From Vairimorpha necatrix (Eukaryota), in assembly GCA_036630325.1 (NCBI GenBank), contig CP142727.1:1364001-1428000 (forward strand): DNA of 64,000 nucleotides, written 5' to 3'. This document shows positions 25,778 to 35,922 of the stretch, piece after piece (position 1 is the stretch's first letter; every line of letters begins with the position of its first letter). The position numbers were made by a program, and so were the translations under genes. The notes beneath the pieces were generated by a model. The model was not told where the DNA came from. It did not search any database and saw nothing but the letters and a program-made list of their open reading frames with translations.

Positions 25778-25852
25778 TTGGGCTGAAGTAAGCATTAGCT
25801 ACAAAAAATCGATATAGGGTTTTTTTTGTAGCTAATGCTTACTTCAGCCCAA
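25778..25852. repeat. Perfect 31-bp inverted repeat (hairpin) with 13-nt loop
   Basis: 25778-25808 TTGGGCTGAAGTAAGCATTAGCTACAAAAAA is the exact reverse complement of 25822-25852. Confidence 0.95.
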
Positions 25853-25879
25853 CATTTTATTTTATCTTTTATCCCCCAA

Positions 25880-26434
25880 ATGAATAGAAGGAATTTCAAA
25901 GATAGAAAACAATTTGATCAATCGGCCACTCTTCTAAAACTAGGCACATTTACCCACAAATGTGGCCCACTCAGCGTCTTAAAACTAGACACTACTGATA
26001 TTCCTTTCCCAAATGCATTTGTATTTGATAAAAACAAGAAACAGATAGGAAAAGTAGATGAGATATTTGGACCACAAAATGATGTATTTGTGGCTATTAA
26101 TGTAGATAAAGATAATGAGGAGTATTATATTTACAGTAACAAGTTGATACCTAAGAGTAGATTTTTAATAAGAAGTGAGACAGAAAAGAAAAAAGAGCAA
26201 GACGATAAAAAGAAAAAAGCGAGAAAAGAAGAAGGCAGTAAAAAAGGAGATAATAATAAAAGAGATGGTGGATTTAGAGGAAGAGATAACAAAGGAAGGG
26301 ATAATAGAGGAAGAGATAACAGAGATGGAGGCTTTAGAGGAAGAGATAACAGAGATGGAGGCTTTAGAGGAGGAGATAACAAAGGAAGAGATAACAGAGA
26401 TGGTGGATTTAGAAAATTCAATAAAAAAAGATAA
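25880..26434 (+). CDS. GAR1: H/ACA snoRNP subunit Gar1
   Basis: LGTF.H.C, IPFPNA.V, KKQIGKVDEIFGP core; C-terminal RDGGFRGRDN repeats; ATG after CCCCCAA. Confidence 0.92.
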   Translation: MNRRNFKDRKQFDQSATLLKLGTFTHKCGPLSVLKLDTTDIPFPNAFVFDKNKKQIGKVDEIFGPQNDVFVAINVDKDNEEYYIYSNKLIPKSRFLIRSETEKKKEQDDKKKKARKEEGSKKGDNNKRDGGFRGRDNKGRDNRGRDNRDGGFRGRDNRDGGFRGGDNKGRDNRDGGFRKFNKKR

Positions 26435-26794
26435 ATTTATTCATGTTTTGTTTAATTTAACATCTTAAGATCAGATTAGAAAAGATCCAAATCATCAAAC
26501 TCCAATCAGAATGACAAGAAGACGACTATGAGCCTAAGGAAACATGACAACTTAACTTGCAGATAATATGACCTCTTAAATGCACATAGTTATCTAAAAC
26601 ATATTTTTAGATAAAAACCACATGATGAAGTTGTTTACAATTTTCTGTAAATTGTTTGACTTTAATCCTGTCCAATTTGTCATTACATCTCCGTGCTTTC
26701 ATAGAGTTGTTTAATATTTTGTTATATCGAAATTACGTTTTTACTCCGTGCTTTAATACCAGATTCGCTTAATATTTTATTCTCTACCCCCTCC

Positions 26795-27274
26795 ATGATT
26801 AAATTCCCAAATCCCTCTCATCTTTTATTTTTCACTCTCGGCTCATTTTTCACTTTATCTCTCTCCACTTCTTCTTACTTCATCCACTTCTTTTCTTTAT
26901 CATCTCTCTTATATTTATTTACTTCTTCTTCATTCCTCTCCTTTCCTGATTTATATTTTCTTTGTCTCTATTTTTCCATTGAGTACATTTTCTCCTTCTT
27001 CTTATTTATGCATTTTACAAATTTCCAGTTTTTAAATTTGTTTCTTTTTTTATGCCTAATAGTTTTCTGTGTTTTTTATGTAGTTGATCTCGCCTGTGTC
27101 AAATATCCCCGATCTACATATTTGATATATTTTGGTATATTTGGGTTGATTTATTGTAGATGTTTTTTTACTTTAGTTTATTTTATGCATCAGATTAAAG
27201 TTAATTATATTTTTAAGATTAGAGACAGAGAAATAGATGATAATAATTTACCATGTTACATACCCTTTTACTAA
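26795..27274 (+). CDS. Hypothetical multi-pass membrane protein (159 aa)
   Basis: CCCCCTCC before ATG; several Phe/Leu-rich hydrophobic segments and a polar C-tail. Confidence 0.65.
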   Translation: MIKFPNPSHLLFFTLGSFFTLSLSTSSYFIHFFSLSSLLYLFTSSSFLSFPDLYFLCLYFSIEYIFSFFLFMHFTNFQFLNLFLFLCLIVFCVFYVVDLACVKYPRSTYLIYFGIFGLIYCRCFFTLVYFMHQIKVNYIFKIRDREIDDNNLPCYIPFY

Positions 27275-27492
27275 ATAAACCTAATTATTATTTTATATAT
27301 TTTTATATATTATTTAAAGTTTTGTATATATTTATTTTATATATGTTAATATATTATTTATAGTTTTGTATATATGTAATATAGTTTTGTATATATTATT
27401 TATACATAATTTATTGAATCTTTTTTTAAATTATGTTTTTTTTCGTCATTATTTTCTTCTTTGTTTTTTTTCTTTTTTGTTTACCCCTCAAA

Positions 27493-28308
27493 ATGACTTC
27501 AGACTCAAAAATCCCAATAGAAATTGACATCAAAACAGAGAACTTCTTCAAAAGGAAGAATCTCTCAGTCTTTTACAATGGCATAATGAGACAGAATAAT
27601 GCAAATGATAAGGAGACTCCTTATTTAAAACTAAATAAACATGACCAGGAACAAGTCAAGTCTTTTTGTAAGACGCAGTTTGAGAGCAAGTCGCCCTCGT
27701 CTTATTTTACTTGTTTGAGAAGTAAAAGCGAGAAGATTGAGCACAAGAAAATAGACAAGAATATTTTTGTAGTTTTGGACACAATTGAGAATAAAATTTA
27801 TGGAATATTATCTAATAATATTGATGGTAGTTTGGATTCCCTTAAAAATCTCTTTCGTTTAGATGATAAAGGTCTGGAAATATCGGACACTGACTTCTCT
27901 AATAAGAAGTTGTCTCAATTGTGCACTCTAGTCAAGAAATACATCCTCACTTCCATGGATGGCCTCTTTAGCAACTTAGTAAGTAAAAAGTTACTAAGAA
28001 ATTTCAGATATAACAAACTTAAGTACGCCATTTTACTCTCTTATATTCCTTTTATCTTGAGTGAAGAAGAGTCCCGTCTCCTGACGAGACTCTTAGAAAT
28101 ATTCCACTTGATAGATAAAAACAAGGAATACACACACATGACCATGTCCGGGCTCCTGAGACTTTTCAGCCTCGTCTTGTTTGACAGTAAATGTTTTACA
28201 TCTCTGGATATGCTTCATGATGTGGAAAGTGTACTGGTTGATATTTCTAGACTGGATTTCCAGAAGATACCTAAGACAATGATCAAGAAAGTATATAAAT
28301 TTGTATAA
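27493..28308 (+). CDS. Divergent RhoGAP-domain-like protein
   Basis: NLFRL (arginine-finger-like), LCTLVKKYI and LLEIFHLIDKNKEYTHMTMSGLLRLF resemble RhoGAP blocks in the expected order; ATG after CCCCTCAA. Confidence 0.6.
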   Translation: MTSDSKIPIEIDIKTENFFKRKNLSVFYNGIMRQNNANDKETPYLKLNKHDQEQVKSFCKTQFESKSPSSYFTCLRSKSEKIEHKKIDKNIFVVLDTIENKIYGILSNNIDGSLDSLKNLFRLDDKGLEISDTDFSNKKLSQLCTLVKKYILTSMDGLFSNLVSKKLLRNFRYNKLKYAILLSYIPFILSEEESRLLTRLLEIFHLIDKNKEYTHMTMSGLLRLFSLVLFDSKCFTSLDMLHDVESVLVDISRLDFQKIPKTMIKKVYKFV

Positions 28309-29220
28309 GCAAATAATAATAAAAATATATTTTATAATATAAATTTAGTACTTACTACATTATATATAGCACTATGTATAATTAATAAAGGAGTATTATA
28401 ACATACCAGAAATATAAACATTACGCATTTTTATTATGATTTGTAAAGCTCATAATTAGAAGAATTCATATTTACCAAAACATTTAAACACGGACCAAGT
28501 GATCAAAAATAAATTGATTGGGTCATAAAGAATTTTATTTAAAACTAATAATGTAAATCGAAAGGCTTAGTGAAAAAAGGCTAATTTTAAATCAGCCGGG
28601 ACTATTTCACTGAACTATATTAAAAGGCGTAACTTGTACCAAAATTAGTAGGAACCCTGTGGGTGAATTGATAAAAAATGAATTGATGCATATACGATTT
28701 TATATTCAGAGGAGAATATTTAGGCCCACGAAAATGCGCAAGAAAACCAAGTCCATAATATTGGCTGCATTTTAGAAAATCAAGGCAATGTGATTGCATT
28801 GAAATTTGGAACGTAGCTTTACCCCTCTTATAGTTTAATGTTCTGATTAACCTCAATTAATTGGGATGAATTATATTCTGAATAATGCCAGCCTTAGTCA
28901 GTAGCGTGGAGTTTTATAAAAATTAAATAATCTAGGTATCAATCTCATTATTATTTCTATCTAGAGGAAATTGAGAATATTTCTACATTTGTTTTATACT
29001 TTGCGGAATTTTACTGGTTTAAAAGAGTTTCTAGAATATTGTAGTTGTAAGTAGCCTTTTAAGAAATATTGCAAGATAAACCAAATTTAAAAAAACATTT
29101 ATTAAATACCGTGGCATATAGAAATATGACTATATAAAATTCAAACATGGGAATATAGAAATTCAAACATTTAACATATGTAATATCAATAATGTATATT
29201 AGATATGAGATATTTCAATA

Positions 29221-29379
29221 TTATTTATTTAGTTTTTTGTAACTGGGCAGGAGATTCTTAAGCTTACTTCTCGTATAATTATAAATAGAAAATATCCCCA
29301 ATACTATAGTAAATATTATGAGGTATCGACCTATGTCCTTCATTTCTGGTATCTTCTTAGTGTCCTTGATTAATGTCAT
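29221..29379 (-). CDS. Possible small single-pass membrane protein (52 aa)
   Basis: ATG-started ORF with one TM segment (YLIIFTIVLGIFSIY) and basic flanks; no CCC motif. Confidence 0.4.
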   Translation of the reverse strand: MTLIKDTKKIPEMKDIGRYLIIFTIVLGIFSIYNYTRSKLKNLLPSYKKLNK

Positions 29380-29430
29380 ACTGTTATTTACAATATGTTT
29401 TATATAATAAAAGATGAAACACATAATCAA

Positions 29431-29502
29431 GCCCTGTTAGCTCAGTGGTAGAGCATTAGGCTTTTAACCTAAGGGTCGCGGGTTCGAGTCCCGCACAGGG
29501 TG
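29431..29502 (+). tRNA. tRNA-Lys (anticodon UUU)
   Basis: Acceptor GCCCTGT/ACAGGGT, D arm GCTC..GAGC, anticodon stem TTAGG/CCTAA with loop CTTTTAA, T arm GCGGG-TTCGAGT-CCCGC; T-run terminator ~8 nt downstream. Confidence 0.97.
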
Positions 29503-31652
29503 AAACATCTTTTTGATTGTGGAAAATATTATTAAGTCTAAATTTAATTTTTTGACATTAGGAGTTGAGAGTAAACCTCCCTTAATTGAATAAATGATTA
29601 TTGAGGCTTCTTGCTTTAAAAAGAAAGCTGTTAAAAATGTATAAATAAAATGTAAAGTAGTTTAAAATTATGGGAATTCATTTAGTAAGCATTATGTCTA
29701 ATAGAGCTAGATCTATATAATTATATTCGGTCCTACGAAAAAAAAGTACACTCTGTGAAAAATATAGAATGTCCTTACTGTATATCTCATAAAAGGCCAA
29801 TGGTCACTTAGCTGTAGTGTCCGTATGTTCGCCTTGTTTATATGAAAATACAACGAAGTAGTTGAATATTTCACTTCTTTTTATGTATTTAATTATATTG
29901 GTCAAAAAAGATACATGAACACTAGTACAGAATAGCATGGTAATATTGAGCTTTAATAAGAAAAAACATGAGAATATCTTTGAATATAAAGTTATCTTAA
30001 ATTTGCCTGATATTTATTTATTTGAAATAAAAAAGATTAGAGTCAAATTTGGCATAACAAAACAGGACGATTTATTTTAATTAAAAATAAAAAAATATAA
30101 GCTGCTTGAATTCGCAACATAAAACCAAGAATAGTATTGTATGTGATTAAATCGTGTGATTGTGTCTAAAAATTACGGAATGTATACTGTGGTTTTTGGA
30201 TTTAATCTTTTTATCAATCATTATGATTCTATTATACAGAAGAAACGTCAGAACCTATCTCTATGGATAAGAGACGAAGATATCGTCGAGGAGATGCTGG
30301 AAAAAACGAAATAAATATTTAAAAGAGCTCTATTCGGAAGATCTATTGCTGTAAGAAATAGTGTATAAAGTGAAGGTCTTTATTTACTGATGCAAAAGCA
30401 TAAACACAATTGTATTATGAAGGGAAGTGTAAATATCATAAGATACACCGAAACATGTATTATTTAACTCTTCAATAATTATTAAGGAAAATGTTGGCCT
30501 GAGGCTGGACTTCCAAAATTTTTAGCGATAAAAATTCAGGCACTGGCTGAAAAATGCAAATTTTTTTCTGCGAATCATACACCCAGAAGCCGATTTTATA
30601 GATTTGTTGTAAATTTATCCGATTATATTTCCTGAGTTGAAAGACTTTTATTTTAAAAATATTTTTACCCTTATGGAATGTCTAAGGCTTCTCGGCAGTA
30701 GATTTAAAATATTTAAAGACCTACATAAAGCAATATGCTAGCAAGTGGATGGAAATTTACTAAAAACAACAATAAAATATGCAGATTGTTCATATATATG
30801 TTACTAATTCGGATAATTCCTACATCGACCTTCAAAGATACAAAATTTTGGGAAATACAGTGTCTGAAAATTCAATCGGAATTTTTTGATAAAACATCAT
30901 TAGCTACTCAATACCTATACATAATATTTGCATGTTCATTATTAATTTAATTGAAAACAGTTTACACTAAGAAAACAAAATTTCGTATGTCGGCTTTTAA
31001 TGTATTTGATGCTTCTTATAAAATATATGGCGTCGAGAATGGAACTTCTAACTTTTATAAAAATTTGAAAAAGTAACACAGACCGACGAAATAGTTTTTT
31101 ATAATGGTAAATTTGTCAAATCCCCATCGGAAAATATGACTCATTTAAAAACTGTACTTGATACATTAGGACAGATGTACGAACATCGAACTTCTAAATC
31201 TAAATAGTACATAATCGTAGTTTATCTACAATAACGTAATTCTTTAGATAATATATACAAAATGAAAAGATACGTACAACTTACGAGCATTTATAGTATT
31301 CCAAGCAGTTGTATCTTTTAACGTCAAAATAGCGTTGTTTTTCATGATAAAGGTTTTATAAATGAGGAAAAGGAGACGCCCAATTTAATGGAGCGATTTT
31401 GTTCGTCTTAAATATGATATTATATTTGTAAAGTGGAATCTAAGATATTTTGGAATATTTAAATGTCGAATAAGATGTGCAATTTAAAAAAAATATCTTA
31501 GCTACGGAAATTTTATAGTAAAAATAATATAATTTAGTAGAGTAAACTGATTTTCTTTATTATTTCTCTCTGAAGGCTCCCTTAGAGAGACAAATTACGT
31601 CCGTACACGACAAAAATAACTTAAAAGTACGTTTTTAATAGTATTCAAATAT

Positions 31653-32678
31653 TTAATTTTCCGAAGTAAAAATCTTGCTCGTTCCGTGTGGCAGTAATTT
31701 ACTTGTTATCACATAAGGAAATTCCTTGTCCCAATAATCTTTTACTGCTTCAATGTCCTTTGTTAAACACCACACTGTATCTTCTCCGCCTGCTAATGAA
31801 ACTCCACATCCTAATATATCAAATTTAGAAGTATTTTTTAATATTTCATATTGTCTATCTGGGACAATATTGTGACTTAGATTGCGCAATTCATCTAAAT
31901 AATCCTCATATAACCTCTTTATAACTATTTTTCTTTCATGTAATGCATCATCACTTAGTTCATTTGAATTTTGATTTTGTGCTAACATGTTAAGTTTCTC
32001 TGTTATAAGTATGTTGATAGACTTTAATTTATCAGAATTGATCATAGAAGACAAATCTAAAATTTTTTGAGTTGAACTGGCATGTCCGAATGTGCCCAAT
32101 AAAATATAATAATCGGTTAATAATAATGTTGTAAACCCCATAATAAAAAAATTCATAGGCCCTATACACGACGACATTACATTGCACCCAGATTTCTCTG
32201 GGAGTACGTATTGATGCACTGTAAACAAAAATCTTGTAAAATATCTAAAATCCTGTATAGGCATGTCTGTCAACACTCCATTTAACTTCAGTATTTCATA
32301 TAAAGAATAAATTACACAAATAGTTAAACATGAAGTAGCACCTAGTCCTGTTTCAACCATGTTTTCTAAAAAGAAACCGTCATCGAATTGTGCTAAAATA
32401 TTAATACTAATATTTTCTACCTCTAAAAATTCTAAAGTTGTACTAACAATATGTCGAGTCCAAGAATAAAGATCGGTGCCTAAAAACGAATAATTTTCAA
32501 TGTTTTTTATATCTAAAGAAATATCAAAAGCGTCTGAATATTCGTAAGTGACATTTGCAAGTAAAAATTTATCGAGTGTTATGACAGACGCCTTTTCGTC
32601 TTGTAAAACGATTCCTGCGGCGTTTAAAACACGATTGGCTGGGATTTTTAATGTGAAAGCTTGAGGTGAAGAGCTCAT
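31653..32678 (-). CDS. Phosphomevalonate-kinase-like paralog with degenerate GHMP motifs (probable pseudokinase)
   Basis: Co-linear with 34475..35443, but PGK>PAN, KTGLGSSS>ETGLGATS, SGCD>SGCN, SGAGG>SLAGG; intact 341-aa ORF with CCC motif. Confidence 0.85.
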   Translation of the reverse strand: MSSSPQAFTLKIPANRVLNAAGIVLQDEKASVITLDKFLLANVTYEYSDAFDISLDIKNIENYSFLGTDLYSWTRHIVSTTLEFLEVENISINILAQFDDGFFLENMVETGLGATSCLTICVIYSLYEILKLNGVLTDMPIQDFRYFTRFLFTVHQYVLPEKSGCNVMSSCIGPMNFFIMGFTTLLLTDYYILLGTFGHASSTQKILDLSSMINSDKLKSINILITEKLNMLAQNQNSNELSDDALHERKIVIKRLYEDYLDELRNLSHNIVPDRQYEILKNTSKFDILGCGVSLAGGEDTVWCLTKDIEAVKDYWDKEFPYVITSKLLPHGTSKIFTSEN

Positions 32679-34474
32679 TTTGGGAGGAAAGCAAAATTAA
32701 ACTTTTATAAAAACAAAAAATTAATAATTATGACATATATTTTTTACATTTTAGAGTTTTTGATAAATATTGTATAGTTACTTTCATGAGGTAAACCTAC
32801 ATTAAAAAAATAAATAAATAAAGAATTTTGACATTCGTTTGGAAACAAATGTGATATTGACATTTTAAAAAATAAAAACAAAAAATTTCCTAATTTGTGA
32901 TTTACACATATTTCAACAATGTTTGTTTGCTCGTAGTTCCCCTCGAAATTAGAGTTTTTTTAAAGCTTTTGAATAATAGCATTATGAATTATTTAACTAT
33001 TTTTATTATACGAAGATCATGCAATCTTGTCAAGAAACTTTCTGCATCGTCTATTAATCAAATAAGTTTAATTTTATACAATAGTTATAGAATAATTTTT
33101 TTTTCTGTCATATATCCAATTTCTTCATACTACAAAGCAAGTACAATTAAAAAAAGCTAAAACAAGTAAAATACATTAAGCACTATGCGTATGTTATTGT
33201 TGTTTTCTAGAAAGACAAATTTTTCATTTTATCTGCTTACTTGCCAATATAGTAGAAAATCTTTTTTAACCCGAATTTTTTTTAATTTAAGCTGAAAAGT
33301 GTAGAGAGGCAAATAAAAACTTACATAGTGCATAAATGATTTCATGATAAATACTTTTTATAAATTATAAAAACTTAACAACAACCTTTTTGAGGTTGAT
33401 ATCTTAATTCAGTTGAAATGGCTGTCTATGTTTGTAATAAACATATGAGTCTTTTAATGTATCATTAAATATTAATTTTTTATCGTATAAAAACATCTTT
33501 TTGTCTATTTTAAATGTTTAAATAACTTTTTAAATCATGTAATTGACAATTAAAATTGATTAAATTTGTTAACTTTAATAGTTATTGTCTTTTATAGGCA
33601 CATGAAAAAAGGAATTTACGAGGATATTCTTGTAGACCTTTTTATGGTATTTTCAACATGTAATATAAAATTAAAACACACTAACGTTTCCAATACAGAA
33701 TTGCATCTTATAGTATAAAAGGTCATTTAAATTAAGAAACCACTGTAAAATTGTAATATACTCATAAAAATCGTATTATAGAATGATTAATAGTCTGTTC
33801 TTTATTATACATTGATTGTGATGTAAAAATAGTCTAAATTAAATTATATATGGGCGGAAATATTTAATTATAAAAAAAATACTTGTTCATTTTCAATTAC
33901 TGTAAAATTAGATACGACGATAAGTACAAATAAAAAACTTCGACCTTTATTCTGTATTTGATTAGAAGAAATAAAAAATAACTACTCTTGAAGTTGATAT
34001 ACCCACCAGTATCGACTTATTATATTATAGAAAAAAAAGATATGAGTCCTTAAATTAAGACATAAAACATAGACAAAACTATCAATATGTGATGTCTAGT
34101 ATCACGTAAAGCAAGTTTAATACCAAAAATTTAAATATTTCACGAATCATGTATCTAGTCTATTGTTCAAAACTTATATTTAACAGTCTATTTTTAGAAT
34201 CAAAGATAGGTCACGATCAGAAGACGCTGTAATAAAGACATGAAATGACACTGTTTAGAATGCTTTCTTACCGAAGAAATGGCGGTGCATAGTAAGAGAT
34301 TAGTAATTTAAAAAGCAAAGGCATAAAAAATACAATAGTATAATAAAAAACAGTGTAAACATCATTAGATACATAAAAATATGTTCATCAATAACATCTA
34401 AATAAAATAAGCTTCTCCGATAAAAATATTTACATTGTATAACATTTGGTCTTTTCAAGTGATTAATTATTTAT

Positions 34475-35443
34475 TTAATCTTTAATTATCATTCCATGAT
34501 CTGTCAATTTACACGTCATAACATAAGGAAATTTCCTTTCCCAATACTCTTTTACTGTTTCAATATCTTTTGTTATGCACCACACTGCATCTTCCCCGCC
34601 TGCTCCTGAAATTCCACATCCGAAAATGTCATAATTGAACGTATTATTTAATATCTCATACTGTTTATCTGGGACAATATCGTGACTAAGACTACGCATT
34701 TCCTCCAAATATTCTCTATATAAACATTTTATCCGTTCCGTGTATGATAATATGATTGGTTTCTCAGTTATTTGTTTATTAATAACTTTTAATTTATCCC
34801 AATTAATCTTAGGTATTAGATCTAACATTTTCCGGGTCGAAGTAGCACGCCCGAATGTACCTAAAATGATATTAAAATTATCTATTTTTAGTGGTATTGT
34901 TTTTTCTCTCGTGTAATTAATGGGACCAAGGCATGATGTCATCACATCGCACCCAGATGACTTGGGCGAAACCATTTTATTCACAGTATACAAAAATTTT
35001 GAAAATTTTTTAGCATCATTTGACGGCATTTCAGTTAACACATTTTTTAACTTTAATATTCTAAATAAAGAATAAACTACACAAATAGTCAAACACGATG
35101 AAGAACCTAATCCCGTCTTGACATTATTTTCTAAAAAGAATCCGTCATCAAAATATCCTGTTATTTTTATACTAATATTTTGTGTTTCTAAAAATTTTAA
35201 AGTTGTACTAACAAGCTCATGAAGCCAATAATTTGGGTCGGAGTGTAAAAATGAAAATTTTTCATTATTTTTTATATCTAAAAAAATATTAAAAGTGTCT
35301 GAATGTTCGTAAGTTATTGTGGTGTTTAAATATTTATCAAGTGTTACGACAGTGGCTATTTCGTCTAGTAAAACGATGTATGAACCGTTTATAACAATTT
35401 TACCGGGGATTTTCATAGTGAAAGATTGAAGAGAAGTAGTCAT
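34475..35443 (-). CDS. ERG8: Phosphomevalonate kinase (ERG8-type GHMP kinase)
   Basis: IPGKIVINGSYIVL, KTGLGSSS, SGCDV, GAGGEDAV match fungal Erg8 motifs. Confidence 0.87.
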   Translation of the reverse strand: MTTSLQSFTMKIPGKIVINGSYIVLLDEIATVVTLDKYLNTTITYEHSDTFNIFLDIKNNEKFSFLHSDPNYWLHELVSTTLKFLETQNISIKITGYFDDGFFLENNVKTGLGSSSCLTICVVYSLFRILKLKNVLTEMPSNDAKKFSKFLYTVNKMVSPKSSGCDVMTSCLGPINYTREKTIPLKIDNFNIILGTFGRATSTRKMLDLIPKINWDKLKVINKQITEKPIILSYTERIKCLYREYLEEMRSLSHDIVPDKQYEILNNTFNYDIFGCGISGAGGEDAVWCITKDIETVKEYWERKFPYVMTCKLTDHGMIIKD

Positions 35444-35922
35444 TTTGGGGGAAAAATAAAATTAAATGAATAACGGAAAATATTAAATTAATGTATTTGC
35501 GAATTTTATTAGCAAATTCTGCATAGTATTGTTTAACAAAAAATTTTAAAATTTTTTGTTTACAGTGATTAAAAAATATATTGATTCTTGACAGGCCCCT
35601 AGTTTTTTATTGTAATTTTTGAAGGTACAATGCATATGCATCACGTTTATTATTTTAATTAAGGTACTAAACTTAAAATAAAACCCGAGTTAAAATTTAA
35701 TCTGGATTTAGAATAAACTTCTTTAAGACACGCCGCAGATTAACGTATATGATTATTAACGAGGCACTTAAGGTAAGTGCCTTTAACAAGTATTTTTACT
35801 TAGTATTGATGTCGGTACCCCAACACACCCTTACTGATGGTCAAAAATTAAGGCCTTTAAAATCAATTCGTATAAATTTTAAGCAAATTACATTTTTTTC
35901 ATATATTAAATTTTATAAATTT

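Noticed and set aside
26131-26468. Overlapping ORFs with EEITEMEAL or LLSLP repeats
   Set aside because: Alternate-frame readings of the GAR1 tail repeat.
30240-30950. Purine-rich coding-like fragments and ORF 30735..30950
   Set aside because: Short, interrupted and with no recognisable family; may be decayed gene or TE debris but unsupported.
35762-35782. 9-bp hairpin AGGCACTTA/TAAGTGCCT
   Set aside because: Short and isolated; plausible by chance in 64 kb, and intrinsic terminators do not apply to this eukaryote.
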